This document shows, piece after piece, positions 38,161 to 52,280 of a stretch of DNA of 64,000 bases. The position numbers were made by a program, and so were the translations under genes. The DNA is from Chiloscyllium plagiosum. Lineage: Eukaryota. The stretch lies in assembly GCF_004010195.1 (NCBI RefSeq), contig NC_057731.1, positions 19,955,899 through 20,019,898 on the forward strand. Direction: 5' to 3'. Under the pieces are notes generated by a model. It was not told where the DNA came from and did not search any database. It worked only from the letters and a program-made list of their open reading frames with translations. The stretch's first letter is position 1. Every line of letters begins with the position of its first letter.

Positions 38161-41079
38161 TTAGTGGATGGGTGACTGGATGAATAAGCAAATGGGAAGA
38201 TTGGGTATGCCTGGTGGGTGAGGTGGTAGACTGGTCGGGTGGCATGTATGTTAGCTGGGAGGTGGGTTGCCAGATTAAGTCAGGTCAGCATAGGTATTCA
38301 GATAATAGGGAGACTGTCAGATTTGGCTGGGGAAGAGTCAGGTTGGGATATGGATATTATCAGTAGATCAGGAGTGTAGGCTGCTGGAGAAGCTGAAGAG
38401 GGTGGGTTAGACTGATTGCACAGGATCAGTTTTATGTTGACACAGGAGTTAAATGAGAAGTGATATACAGAACCTTTCACAGTTTCTGATTCCAGCTCAG
38501 GGTCAGAGAGCTTGTTTGCTTCTGTAAAGCAGGAGATTAACCCTTTGGAAGTTCAAACTTCCTTGACAAATGTCACAATGGACATTGGCAAGTCAGCGAG
38601 GTCATGATATGCACCTTCAATTATACTGGAAAGTGTGGGACTATATTTCTCCAGTGTTCAGGTCCTGGAAGGCTGACAACAAGAAACAGTTACTAATCTG
38701 ACTGGAAATGCCATTGTTAAGCAATAATCTTGAGACAAAAACTCTTGAAAAAATTATACTGTGCTGAATGAGGCACATTAATTTCATACTCAGTGCTGAA
38801 CAGCCACAGGTGATCCCAAAAGCATAGTTGTGGAAAGTCAAGTTTCTCCACAATGATAAATCAAAAAAATTACAACGTCAATCTTGTTTTCTGATATTTT
38901 AGCTTCTGGTTAAATCCCACCTGTATATCTCAATTAAATCTAAAAGGATTTAAAGTGAAGTGATTTTCACTTCCTGGTTTATATTCTGTGAGAAGACCGC
39001 AATTTGATTAGTTGCAGTAACTTGCTTGATGCTGGTTTGACACCAGATTCCATTTAACATTGAAAAATACTGTTAGAGGGAGATCACTGTATCTCCATGG
39101 ACAATGTTCTTCAAGGTTAGTTGCAAGCACTGTGACTTTATTCCTACTAACTACAAGATCAGAGCCAAACATAGGCAATGTACATTATCATCAAAATCAC
39201 CCTTTGTGTGGACTTGTTGGGCCAAATGGTCTGTTCCCACACTGTTCGGGATAATATGATGCTATGATTTAAGTTCCCAAATTCAATAATCAGTCAAACT
39301 GGCCAAATGTGATTTATGCTTTATAAATATAAAACTATGTTTCCATTAATTCTTGTTCGAATGGCTGTTTCAGAGAAAGGGTGATGAGTTTCGTGTGATG
39401 CTGTTGGAGGATGAAGAAATAAGGTTGTTTGAAAATAGTACCTGCCTGAAAACCACTTAAAAGGAATATCACACAAGTTTTTCAATAAAATTAATTGCAG
39501 TGCCAGCAATGTATTGAAGCTAACAATTAGCAAATATGTTTCCAAAGACAAAACAAATGCCAACAACTGCCAACCAGTCCACCAACACAGGCAATAAATT
39601 GTTCCAGCAAATCATTTTTTTGCTGCAAACTTATCGGTTTCACAAAAAACAAAGCCAACGTAGCTCAAATAAAACTTTTGCAAATGCTGGAGAAGTAAAA
39701 TCAAAAACAGCTCCAATGAAGGTCAGAATGCACTTGAAACCATTCACTCTGTGTCTCCCTTTACAGATGCTGCCAGACCGGCTCAGTTTCTCGGCACTTC
39801 CTGTTTTGAACCATGGTAATGTCTTTCTACAATATTTTCTCCCAGGGCAGGCCAAAGAGATCATTTCCCAAAATAGTATATCAGATGTATGCAACCTGTT
39901 CAAAGACCATAAATTCAAATAATATTTTTTCAATGCAACATTTTTCTTTACTCAAATTGAAACTTAGAAGGATCAAAGTATACTAAGGGTGCATTTCTAG
40001 CTGCATGCACCATCTGTTAAAAATCATAATTACAGAATAGTTTGAAGCTTTGAAAACACATCATAGGCATTAAAACTGATTTTCAGCATAAACATTTTTC
40101 AAAGGGAAGCTTCAAACTTAATGCGCAGAATACAAATCAGTATTCTATTTGTTTGATTTTTTTTTTGATTTGCAGTGAAATGTAATTTCAAGGTGCATGC
40201 TTCATATTTGTCAAAGCTTTTACTCTTTTGCAGATAACATAGGTACAATTGTATTCTTACATTCACACTGTTTGTGACCTCAGGCTGAAAGACACAAAGA
40301 AACTATAATTGTCAATTAATGCTAAAATAATAACTCACAAACAGCTGTCAATGTAATTGAAAGGCTAATCATGTTCACTGTTATTCATGTGAAGGCAGAT
40401 TTGCAAATAAATTCAGAAGTTAGAACGATGGACTACAACATTAATTTTCAAACAAAAAACATCTCACTGTCTGATAAACCTTGGAAATGCATTGATTGCC
40501 ATGATGTTATTGTAGATGATGTGGTGGATATGAATTAAATTTGCCACAGAAAATGACAGCTCTTTTGAATTAACAGAAAGAGCCTTTTTAGGGGCAATTT
40601 ATGAACATTTAATTAAGCTTGGATAAACTGTCAAAGATCCTTCTAACAATGTGCTAATTATTAGTTACTTCCAATGATCCATCTCGCTACTGTAAATTAA
40701 TTATTATGAGTTTGGCATCTCATTTACTTCAGCTATAATTATTGTTGGAGATATGTTTTAAATTGTTGTTTCACTTATATTTTCTGAGTTGCATTTGCTA
40801 TTTGTATCGGGTTAGAGAGGGAGGTGTTGGCAGCCATTGTGAGGGGTGGTAAATATCTTCAAACCAGTATGGCACATTGCAGACATTTCAGACACCTTCG
40901 GGCTGCAATAAAGGACAATTCTAATTGCTTGGACATTTGTCCTGATGTTGAGATGACCCCTAGCCACGTGGGATGACCTCCTGGGAGACCCTGACTGCCT
41001 CCCAGCCTGGCCTCTACTCTACCATTACCACAAAATGAAGGGACCAATCCTCTTTCATTCAAGAGTACACGATGGCCTG

Positions 41080-41660
41080 ATCAGAACAGCATCGGACACA
41101 CCTAAAAGTAACTTGTGAACCTGGAGAAGCTATAACAAAAGATGAGCAGCATGCAAAACAAAGAGCTAAGCAATCTCAAAACCACTGGATCAGATCTAAG
41201 CTCCACATCCAGCCATGAATGATGGTGGTAAAATAATAACTAATAGTATGATGAAGCAGGATTAATGATGTGAGAGGCCAGAAAATCAGTATAAAAAAAA
41301 ACAAGGCTGAAGCATTTGCATCCACCTTCAGCCAAAGCTGTGTTGTGAATGATCAACCTTGGCTTCATTCAGTGCTCCTCATCATCACAGGTGTAAGTAT
41401 TCCACCACTGCAAATTATTCTACTTGATATAAAGAAATAGCTGATGACTTTGGGTCCTAACAACATTCCAACAATAATATAGTTGCACCCTTAACCAAAA
41501 TGTTCCTATGCAGCTACCATACTGGCATCTATTCAATAATGTGACAAATCACCCAGGTATATATAACGTTCATAAAAAGGAGGACTAATCCAAGGCAACC
41601 AATTCCCAGCCCCATCAGTCTGCTCTGAATCTTCTGTGATATAATGAAATGGATAGTCCA
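41080..41660 (+). mobile_element. old LINE-B internal fragment (EN-RT linker)
   Basis: WIRSKL, KAEAFASTFSQ, GPNNIP and PISLL motifs, with many indels. Confidence 0.7.
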
Positions 41661-41979
41661 GGGAGAGAAATCACGGGCTCTGCTGCTCCAGCTTTCTTTC
41701 CCTTTTCCTCCATCTCCCTGTTACCTTTTTAACACTTGTCTTTAGTTCAAGCAAGCATCGAGCATCACCACAGTTTGATCTGTACCATTATTGATCCCTA
41801 GTAATAATGTTCCATGTGAAAGTCATCGTGTTCTTTCAATGCATATGGTGTCAAACCTGTCTAGGCACTTGCATTACAGATCTTGAATAGACTTAATCTT
41901 CATCATTTGAGTCCATTGCATGCTGGTAATTCCATTGCCACTGGTCCATTGGTGTCAACAATAAGCAGACTGTGGTAAC

Positions 41980-42300
41980 CATGCCCAGACCTTTTGGTCC
42001 ATCAAGTTCACAGCAACCCTCCAAAGAATATTCCACCCAGGCCCACAAACCCTTTCCCCCTGCCCCATCCTTGTTACCCTGCATTTCCCATGCTTCCCTG
42101 GAAATTTTGGGCAATCTAGCATTCCCAATTCACCTAACCTGCACTTCTTCGGACTGTGGGAGGAAACTGGAACACTGGGAGGAAACCCACACAGACACAG
42201 TGAGAAAGATAAACTCCACACAGACCATCATTCAAGGGTGGAATCGAACCTGGGTCCCTGGCACTGTGAGGTAGCAGTGCAAGCTACTGTGCCACCGTGC
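41980..42300 (-). mobile_element. HE1 SINE
   Basis: Reverse complement starts gcacggtggcacagtagcttgcactgctacctcacagtgccagggacccaggttcgattcc (A and B boxes); V-domain present. Confidence 0.9.
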
Positions 42301-44274
42301 AGTAAATCTAGCTCTTGTTGGCTGTATTATAAATTTGCATTTTATCAGATAATTGCCTTGAAGTAGTAGTGGCAAAACATTAGTATTTGCCCCAGTATTT
42401 ACCTTTAGTCATAGTTGATGCCCGACACTCGAACTAGATGTATAGTCTTAAATGTAGTATCAACTTTCAAGTGATTGTATCCAAATACAGTGTGACTGTC
42501 ACTATATAGAAAATTTGTTCACTTTCTAACTCCTGTTCCTCTCTGTATGCTTTCTTTTCCATTTGTGTCTCTGCCTAACTCATAGGCATACCTGCGATTG
42601 AACTGGTATTTGGTGAACTTTTTTTTTATTCTTCCCACTATTCTGGCTGTTTAATTATGGCTTGTTATCGTCTGACCATTTCCTCACTGCCAAAGTTTCT
42701 ACACAATTTGTCCAATATGTCTTTTGACTGCTTGTCTGTCTGGTGTCTCTCAGTGCAGCACAGTTTCCTGGGTGCTGCATCATATAGCACTTGTTGCACC
42801 CATCACCCTGCATGTTTTCTGTACAATGGAATGTCTGGAAAACTATTGCACGTCCTGCAAAATGATGATACAGCATGTAACGAGAATAGTACTTTCCCCA
42901 TCAGACTTTCCCTATCGGACTAGGGTATGTAACACCTGGACTTTCCCTAGCAGACTGGAGTTCATAAGACCAGAGATACAGCTCCAAGTGCCAGCCATCA
43001 TCCTGATGAACAGAAGGCAATGTGACTCATTTGTTGCATATGTTTAAAATAGTGTAAGCTAATAAATTTGCTTTATGTTAAGGCACACGTGTCTTCTTGT
43101 AACCATTTTGATCAGAGTTTGAAGAGCTCATTAAGCACTTTCACCCTAACAATATATATGTACAGCTTATTTTCTAATACTGAAGATGTGATAACCATGT
43201 GTAATAGACTATGGTCAAATACCACGCAGCGCACATTAAAAAACAATGTGCTCAAAATAGATCCCGTGGATTTCTCAAAAAAATTCCCACCATATATTAA
43301 TTACATGGTGAGTTATCAAATCTCATAAAGGATTACATTCATTTCACAAAGGATTACAATACTTTTGTTGATCTGATTTTGAACCTATCTCTCAATAACT
43401 GCTCCATCCTCGAATTCCTCAACAACTGCTCAAGTGCTATTGATAGGCTTATTTTCATGATTCTACGCTCCCCTGGACTCCAAAACCACACTCCATCACT
43501 CGCTGATGGGTATAACTCTCTGACAGTTATCCACACTGAGCCAGCCCTGGATTGAGCTCCAATCTGTTCAGTTGCATTAAGTAGATACTGCTAATGAGTT
43601 TATTGAACCCCACCCCACACCCCACCCCCACACCCCAACCTTCACAGGTTCACTGGAGTATTAATGTAGGTTTCTTATGAGCCAGTCACAGCTTCACTCA
43701 ATATTGAACCAGTGACCTTCCTATCAAAGTCTGACAGGGGGTGGGAAGGTAGGGGGATGGGTGGAATTGGATGCAAAGTCAATGTTTTCCTACAAAGGGC
43801 TCAGTGAATGTTGGTGAAAATGTCTGTTCCATAAACATTATCAATCATAGATTGCTGGCTTGCTTAGCACAGAATAATGGATAAAAATAAAGAATTACAT
43901 TACATCCTTTAAATGATTTTTCCTTAACCAAAAACAAACAGTTTTGATCCACTGCCTGCAGCACTGGGCCTCTGCCATATTCTGAGATCTGTGGCTGCAG
44001 TACAGACCTTGGATCCTCTCCAATGAGAAGACTACATCCACAGCAATCTTTATTGCAGGGAAACACTAACAACATCAATGGCTCTGCAGTATTGTAGGCC
44101 CAGTAAGGATCAGCTTTCCCAATCTAAAGTTCTCAGAAAGCTGGTCTTCTGGTCGATAAGTATGCAAGTTGTAAAGTCCTTTTCTTTTTCTGATTTTTTT
44201 AAAATTGTGGAATGAAATGGGAAAAGGACTGTTTTAAAATCCAAGAGTTGTGGAAAGGATGGCTGCATTTTTTA

Positions 44275-44382
44275 CGTTAAAAGTCACACAACACCAGGTT
44301 ATAGTCCAAAAGCACTATAACCTGGTGTTGTGTGATTTTTAACTTTGTCCTCCCCAGTCCAACACCAGCACCTCTACATCAA
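44275..44382. repeat. short hairpin element, probably a Penelope terminus derivative
   Basis: 30-bp arms at 44276-44305 and 44314-44343 (1 mismatch) with an 8-nt loop; flanked by gcattttt(t)a on both sides. Confidence 0.75.
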
Positions 44383-45059
44383 GCATTTTTAGAAGCAAGC
44401 TACCAGTACCTATTGTAAATGTTGTTTACATGGTACTTCGTTCAAGCAGTGAAGGGAGGTTGCTGCAGATGAGCTGAAGCCAGGTGTATGTCAGAAAGGA
44501 TCTTTGGATAGCAACAAGTAAATGATTGGTCTGTGGAATGATGATCTGTTGTCAGTGACAAATACCTTCTACCATCTATGTGATTAGTAATTTGCTATAA
44601 CTGAATAACCTAACTGAATAACTTGGGATGAAAATGAGATAGCCCTTTTGACCTCTAGAAAAAGTGGCACAATCTTTCTCTCTGCAGTTAAAAACACCTA
44701 AAGCTAGGAAGAAGTCAGTTTCTTTTCTCTCACCAGTTATTGTGAGCTATGGTTTTTTACCAATAGCTCAGAGACTTTTAAAGCTGTGATCCAGATACTC
44801 TGTGCCTCTGCAAGCAAATGAATATCCCTGGAGAAGGAAAATTATGGAGCAACAAATCCTGCCAAGCCAAAGGAATCAGTTCAGTGAATCACATGGACAG
44901 GCACTATTGAATTGCTTTCCCATGTTTCCCTCCATCTATGATACCATTTTTTTTTTAAGTTGGAACAATAGAAGTAACATGAATAAATGGTGTCAAACTC
45001 CCACCAAACCAGGATTTTAGTTTACCTTAATTAGCAAAGACTTAATTACAAAGACTAAT

Positions 45060-45760
45060 TACAACAATAACCATCCCAACATCCACCAACAGAGTTGCGT
45101 CAAGACTCTGTTTAAATGAGCTATAACATATTGCAACACTCCACAGCTCCGCAAAAAAGAAGAGGAACACCTATACAAAGTCTTTGCTAATAATGTGTAC
45201 CCAAACAGCTTCATCCACCGATGCCTAGCAAACAAACAACACCAAGATGACACTGTGCGCCCCAACACACTGACCACCTGATCCTACATTAGAAATGTTT
45301 CAGAACTGACTACAAGATTCCTATGTCTTTTGGGAACAATGACAGCACAGAAACCAACAGCCATACTTCACCAGCTACAATCCAGGACAAATGCAGGATG
45401 AATATGATACGCAAAATGCCATGCAGCAACTGTGAGAAATATTGTATAGGACAAATGGGCAGGAAACTCATCACCAAACTGCATGAGCATCAGCTTGCAA
45501 CAAAACAGCACGACCAGCTCTCCCTCATGTCAACACACACTGATAACGAAAGACATCAGTTCAGCTGGGAGGTTACAATAGTGCGGCAGGCAAAACAAAG
45601 ACGAGCTCAGGAATTCCTGGAGGCCTGGTCTTCATTCATCCATAAACAAACATGTTGAAATAGAGACCATCTACAAACCATTACAGTACAAAACCAGAAA
45701 TAGAACCAACCACCATTACTGACAGAACCGTATAAATTCAAGACAGATCACAACAACAGT
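45060..45760 (+). mobile_element. Penelope-like element fragment (Poseidon-type thumb plus GIY-YIG)
   Basis: NHPNIHQQSCVKTLF...EEEHLYKVF; KMPCSNCEKYCIGQMGRKL...HEHQLA...EFLEAW. Confidence 0.88.
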
Positions 45761-45779
45761 GTTTCTTTCGGGTAGATAT

Positions 45780-46270
45780 TAGAGCTTGAAAGCTACTGTA
45801 CATTTCTCCAGCCTTGAGTTCCCTCTCTTTCTCTCTCTCTCTGGCTCTCTCTCTCTCTCACACACATACTCTTTTTCTCTCTCAGAAGTTTCTCTTGATG
45901 TTCTTTCCTCTCGGACTGGAGAAATGTTGTACGTGAGAAAATCTATTTTACTGAATTTGCTTTTGTCAAGGGTATGCTTATGAAATGTTACTATTTGGAA
46001 AGGCTAATTAGTGGTAATTAACAGATATATTATCATGTTGAGTATTTCAATAGAGTTGCAGTTAAGCTAATTTTTTTATTATTCTTATTTTGTCTGTATT
46101 TTTAACTATTGTGTAAGAATAAAGTGAGTTTTGCTTTAAACCTTGTAGTCTGACCCATCAAATTGCATTTGGAACACAATGCCTGACACCCACCATTAAA
46201 AATAAGAGAACATTGGGGTATAGGCCAACTTCTTAAAATATTTTGAAAGGGTTTGGTCTGGTACATAAAA
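45780..46270 (+). mobile_element. LTR 3' portion (gypsy-type) with (CT)n(CA)n microsatellite
   Basis: AATAAA near 46118; ends ggtttggtctggtacataaaa, resembling the CATAACA termini. Layout is similar to 53700-54075. Confidence 0.5.
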
Positions 46271-46302
46271 CTAGCTCTTAACAAAAATGTACCAGCCGCT
46301 CT

Positions 46303-46705
46303 TAGGAGTTTAGAAGAACGAAAGCTAATTTATAGATATATGGAAGGTTTTTAGGGGGCTCAACAGGATAGATACTGAGAGGCTATTTCCCCTTGTGAGA
46401 AATCTAAGATGAGGAGGCATAGTCTTAGAATAAGGGGATTGCTCAGTTCGGACAGAGATGAAAATGAATTTCTTTTCTCAGAAGGATCTGTGAACTTATA
46501 TAACAGGGAGGGTTGTTGAGGCTAGGTTGTTAAAGTATATTCAAAGCTGAGATGGACAGATGTTAATAAGTAAGGGAATCAAGGGTTATTGGAAAAAGGC
46601 AGCCAATCTGAGGATTATCCAATCAGCCATGATCATATTGAATGGCAGAGAAGACTCAATGGATCAAATAGCCTGCTTCTGTTCCTACATTGTATGGTTG
46701 TGGTT
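46303..46705 (+). mobile_element. CR1 3' fragment
   Basis: ERLFPL...HSLRIRG...NFFSQ...GIKGYWKKA, with tail atcagccatgatcatattgaatggcag. Confidence 0.85.
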
Positions 46706-47239
46706 TTACTTTGACAATAATTGGAAATCTAAAAGATGGGTTCTTTATTTATGAATAACAGGATTCCGGGAGAGCCCTTCATACATGTGTCATCTGTTGA
46801 TCAACATTGTTTTAGCTATTAGATCACATGCTAACTTCCCTCACTTCTTAATGTATTCCAAATTCCATTAATATATTCAGCAGTATGCTATTGAGTACGC
46901 TAAACTTCATCCATTTCAAAGCAATGCCACAACATTCAATGTTCAATGAGAACAAACATCAACAAAGAACTAAAAAGCTAATAAATAGAACATTCCAGCA
47001 AGCGGCAGCCAAAGTAACGTAAGAAAGTAAAGATCATGCCTCATCTCATTTTTATTTTCTAAGAAGAATACTGAGTTAACTGCAGAAAGACATGCCCGAT
47101 ATGAGTCCTCCAGAAAACGATTATAAACCTCTGGATGAAAAGTTGTTGCACCAGACCAAACCAATAGGAAAACCTTAAATTGAATGAAATATTTTTTGAA
47201 GGAAAAGTAGCAGCTACTGGCTGGTGATATAGGATTAAT

Positions 47240-47520
47240 CAGCTCAGCACCATCCCCATGATCTGTCCTACCTGCCTATCTTCTTTTTCACTATCCACTC
47301 CACCCTCCTCTCTGACCTATCACCTTCATCCCACGCCCATCCACCCATTGTACTCTATGCTCCTTTCTCCCCACCCCCACCCTCCTCTCATTTATCTCTC
47401 CACCCTTCAGGCACTCTGCCTGTATTCCTGATGAAGGGCTTTTGCCTGAAACATTGATTTTCCAGCTCCTCAGATGCTGCCTGAACTGCTGTGCTCTTCC
47501 AGCACCACTCTACTCCAGAA
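47240..47520 (+). mobile_element. Penelope 3' UTR/terminal repeat with hammerhead motif at 47428-47455
   Basis: C-rich UTR, then CTGATGAagggcttttgcctGAAAcatt...gatgctgcctgaactgctgtgctcttccagc. Confidence 0.8.
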
Positions 47521-47877
47521 TATGGAGTCCATGGATGGAAGATTGGCTTCCATGATGGTCTGAACAACCTTCTACAGTTTCTTACGGTCCTGGGAAGAGC
47601 TGTTGCCGTACCAAACCGTTGTGCACCCAGACAGTATGCTTTCAATTTTGCACCTGTAAAAGTTGGTGAGGGTCCTTATGGGCAGGCCAAATTTCCTCAG
47701 CCACCAGTGGAAGAAAAGGCTTCTTGACCATTACATCTATGTGGGAAGTCTAAGACAGTTTGTCGGTTATCATCACTCCAAGGAACTTGATGCTCCCCTC
47801 CATCTCAACCTTCGCTCCATTGATGTAGTCCTCCTTTATTTCTGAAGTCAATGACCAGTTCTTTAGTTTTGCTGAAG
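47521..47877 (-). mobile_element. Rex1/Babar LINE fragment
   Basis: Reverse strand LRKFGLPIRTLTNFYRCKIESILSGCTTVWYGNSSSQDRKKL...ANLPSMDSI. Confidence 0.85.
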
Positions 47878-49092
47878 TATTGGATGTCTTGAAACAGGTA
47901 AAGGTGGATAAATCCCCAGGACCTGACCAGGTGTACCCGAGAACTCAGTGGAAAGCTAGAGAAATGATTGCTGGGCCTCTTGCTGAGATATTTGTATCAT
48001 CGATAGTCACAGGTGAGGTGCTGGAAGACTGGAGGTTGGCAAACGTGGTGACACTCTTTAAGAAGGGTAGTAAGGACAAACCAGGGAACTGTAGACCAGT
48101 GGACCTGATGTCGGTGGTGGGCAAGTTGTTGGAGGGAATCCTGAGGGACAGGATTTGGAAAGGCAAGAACTGATTGGGGATAGTCAACATGGCTTTGTGC
48201 GTGGGAAATCATGTCTCACAAACTTGATTGAGTTTTTTGAAGAAGTAACAAAGAAGATTGATGAGGGCCGAGCNNNNNNNNNNNNNNNNNNNNNNNNNNN
48301 NNNNNNNNNNNNNNNNNNNNNNNNNNNNNNNNNNNNNNNNNNNNNNNNNNNNNNNNNNNNNNNNNNNNNNNNNNNNNNNNNNNNNNNNNNNNNNNNNNNN
48401 NNNNNNNNNNNNNNNNNNNNNNNNNNNNNNNNNNNNNNNNNNNNNNNNNNNNNNNNNNNNNNNNNNNNNNNNNNNNNNNNNNNNNNNNNNNNNNNNNNNN
48501 NNNNNNNNNNNNNNNNNNNNNNNNNNNNNNNNNNNNNNNNNNNNNNNNNNNNNNNNNNNNNNNNNNNNNNNNNNNNNNNNNNNNNNNNNNNNNNNNNNNN
48601 NNNNNNNNNNNNNNNNNNNNNNNNNNNNNNNNNNNNNGATTTGAGCTATAAAGAGAGGCTGAACAGGCTGGGGCTGTTTTCCCTGGAGCATTGGAGGCTG
48701 AGGGGTGACCTTATAGAGGTTTACAAAATTATGAGGGACATGGATAGGATAAATAGACAAAGTCTTTTCCCTGGGGTTGGGGAGTTCAGAACTAGAGGGC
48801 ATAGGTTTAAGGTGCGAGGGGAAAGATATAAAAGAGACCTAAGGGGCAACTTTTTGATGCAGAGGGTGGTACCTGTATGGAATGAGCTGCCAGAGGAAGT
48901 GGCGGAGGCTGGTACAATTGCAACATTCAAGAGGCATTTGGATGGGTACATGAATAGGAAGGGTTTCGAGGGACATGGACCGGGTGATGGCAGGTGGGAC
49001 TAGATTGGGTTGGGATATCTGGTCGGCATGGACGGGTTGGACCAAAGGGTCTGTTTCCATGCTGTACATCTCTATGACTCTATGACTCTATC
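47878..49092 (+). mobile_element. young HER1-type CR1 (RT to 3' tail), spanning an assembly gap
   Basis: KSPGPDQVYPR...WRLANV..LFKKG, SQHGFVRGKSCLTNLIEFFEEVT, LRGDLIEVYKIM, and a (CTATGACT)n tail. Confidence 0.95.
48274..48637. other. assembly gap (364 N)
   Basis: Run of N. Confidence 1.
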
Positions 49093-50689
49093 CTTCTGTA
49101 CATCAATGCTGTCCAGGGTCCTGCCATCGAACGTATACTTTTCCTTAACATTTGATGTCCTGTAGAGCCATGTCATTGGTGTTCCACAATGTTCACCTAC
49201 CTGGGGAAAACAACCAAAACTGAAAAATATTTCAAGGAACAGCATCTTACATGTGCTTTGACAATGATAACAACTCTAGAAAGGTAAAACGGAATGTAAC
49301 AATAGTTTCACTTTGGTAAAGGTGATAAAGGTATTGACAAGGGAGATTTTTTTTGGCAGAATGCAGCTTTGAGACACAAATGCACAATATTATATGACAT
49401 AATTAAACATAATTTGATCACCCTCTTACATGAGAAAAGAAGATTTTTTTTTCAGTAAATTTGCCTTGACCCAGATTTATTTGAATCTGAATATCAAACT
49501 AAAACAACAAAATTACTGAATGATTTTGACATAATCCAGCATACATTGTGGGAATTAAAATAAAGACCAAGTAAAATGGAGAGAAATATGCAAAATATAA
49601 AAATTATCTTATTTTGGGAATAATTGTAGATTCTGGGAACCATTGTTTGAGATTAATCATTGGATATGGATTGTCCCTCATGTGTTCCCTTCAATGCAAT
49701 TGATCATTTTGATGTATTTCCTATGTCTGATGATAGCGGTGAAAAGACACCAGAATCGGAAAAGACAGCAAAAGTTAATGCATAAGTTGAAGGTGCTTTA
49801 AAAGTGACTGATATTTTGAGGACCCTGGACATCAGTCATCTCTGGTGACCAAATCCTTTAGCTGGTCTTTTAACTTAAAAGAAGTCAACATTTAAAAGCC
49901 CAAAAGAAGTTTCTGTAAAAATATCATGTGTATTAGACCAATTTCAGAAATTGGGTAAATTTAACCCTCCAGCATTACAAATTGCAACTGGTCCAAAGTA
50001 AAAAGTGAAATCTTGATAAAGACCCAATGGATTAGTGTAAACTGCAACAGAACTGTAAACAAGACTGACAGGTTCATGAGTTATATAGATTCATATTGTC
50101 TCAAAGCACCCATGTTTTTTGGAAATGCTAATCATGTTCAGAAGGATTTCTACTTTCCATTTCCTGTGGGCTCAGGCACGAGCTCACTTATGTGTTCAGA
50201 GTTTATATTACATTATAATTATTTGATAACTTGACTGAAAGAAACAATAAACCCGTTTTCCTTTTTAGTTATAACTGTGTGACTTTTTTAAAGGGTCAGA
50301 ATGTCATTTTCAAATATGACTTCAAAGCAGCATTTCAAGAAAGCATGTGACTGAAGCTAAATGACTCAATAAACTACACGGAGAGATAATTTCTGAAGAG
50401 TTTACTAGATAGAATTCTTCCAACCCACAGAAAGAGAGGCCACAAGCAACAAGCAACAAGCAGGTCCCATTCAGAAGGAGTAAAAGACTAGCAGCAGAAC
50501 AGCTTAGTGTTAGCAGTCTCCAGGTGGTCAAAGCTGTAAAGAAGCTGTTTTAACAGTCCAAATCGACAGGGCTTGAAAACGCTCTGAGATTTTGTTAGCA
50601 CTAAGGAAGAAACATCAGTGAGACAGCCTGTGTCTGTGTGTCCTTGGTAGAGAATGATAGAATCACATCGGATGAATGTGTAGAGTATT

Positions 50690-51256
50690 GTGGAATCAAT
50701 TTATGTAAAGGGGCAGTACAGAGAGATCTGGGTGTTCTTGTACACCAGTCAATGAAGGCAAGCATGCAGGTACAGCAGGTAGTGAAGAAGGCTAATAGCA
50801 TGCTGGCCTTCATAACAAGGGGAATTGAGTATAGAAACAAAGAGTACAGGGCCCTGGTGAGACCACACATGGAGTATTGTGTGCAGTTCTGGTCTCCAAA
50901 TTTGAGAAAAGACATTATGGCTATTGAGGGAGTGCAGCGAGGACACAGCTTAAAAATACGGGGTAGATCATTTAGGACAGAGCTCAGGAGAAACTTCTTC
51001 ACCCAGAGAGTGGTGGCTGTGTGGAATGCTCTGCCCCAGAGGGCAGTGGAGGCCCAGTCTCTGGATTCATTTAAGAAGGAGTTGGATAGAGCTCTCAAAG
51101 ATAATGGAATCAAGGGTTATGGAGATAAGGCAGGAACAGGATACTGATTAGGAATGATCAGCCATGATTATATTGAATGGCGGTGCAGGCTCGAAGGGCT
51201 GAATGGCCTACTCCTGCACCTATTGTCTATTGTCTCTATTGTCTATTGTCTATTGC
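50690..51256 (+). mobile_element. CR1 3' fragment with internal deletions, (CTATTGT)n tail
   Basis: VQRDLGVLVH...KANSMLAFI...LVRPHMEYCVQFWSP...EGVQR joined directly to GHSLKIRG...NFFTQRVV. Confidence 0.93.
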
Positions 51257-51704
51257 TGAATGGATACTGGTGTAACCTCATCAATTGAGTAAAAAAAAAA
51301 TTAAACCAAAGGTAAGAGTAATGCTTTACCAGAGATAAGTATCTGTAAAGGATATTGCTGGGAAAATGGGTTGAATCTTGCTTTCTGCTGCTGAGCAAAA
51401 CAACTTTCCTTTTTGTCTTCTTCATATAAATATATTTGTGTGTCCTTGGTTTTTCTCAGAGGTATCGTAAATTTCAAAAACTAAACTTATAGTCTATCAA
51501 ACCAGGTTTCATTCTGGAATCTGACTTGTACATATTTTAGTTAGCTGAAAAGGGTTCGTTAACACAGTTGATCAGATGCTGGCTTACAAAGCAGTGATGC
51601 CAATGGAAACGATTCAGTTCCTGTACTGGCAGAGGTCCAACATACCCTTAATAAACTTTACAGCCATTATGAATGGTGATAGATTGGGAAAGAGTGAGGC
51701 ACAT

Positions 51705-52280
51705 TAACACCTGGGTGTTATTGAACATCAGTCGCTGAAAGTAAATATGTAGGTGATGATGAAAGCATTAACGTGGGCCTTAAGGTGAGAGGATTTGAGT
51801 ATGGAAGCAGCAATGTCTTGCTGCAATTGTGTAAGCCTTAGTGATACCATACTTGGATTATGATTTGCAGTTTTAGTCTCCTTATCGGAGGAAAGATCTT
51901 CTGATTATGGAGGGAGTGGTATGAAGGTTTCCCAGACTGATTCATGGGAGGGCTTGACTGATATTTGAAGAGAAATTGAATCAATACTATATTGACTGGG
52001 GTTCAGAAGAAAGAGGGAGATCTCATAGAAACTTATAAAATTCTAATGGGATTAGATAGGGTAAACATCGGAAGGATATTCCTGATGGCCTGGGAGTCCA
52101 GAACCAGGGGCCACCGATTAAGAATGTGGGTTAGGCCATTTAGGGCTAAGGTGACAAGAAATTTCTTTACCTAGAGAATGGTGAGGCTGTGGAATTTCCT
52201 GCTATAAAAAAGTGGATGAGGCCAAAATGGTGAATATTCTCAAGAAGAGTTAAGTATAGTTCTCAGAGCTAACAGAATCA
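51705..52280 (+). mobile_element. older CR1 3' fragment
   Basis: GDLIETYKILMGLDRV...SRTRGHRL...RNFFT. Confidence 0.85.

Noticed and set aside
40150-40250. Candidate microexons after ttgcag acceptors
   Set aside because: Donor sites are weak; indistinguishable from chance without transcript data.
48155-49003. Long ORFs of 282, 197 and 128 aa
   Set aside because: Length is an artefact of translating through the N gap; the flanks are CR1 ORF2.
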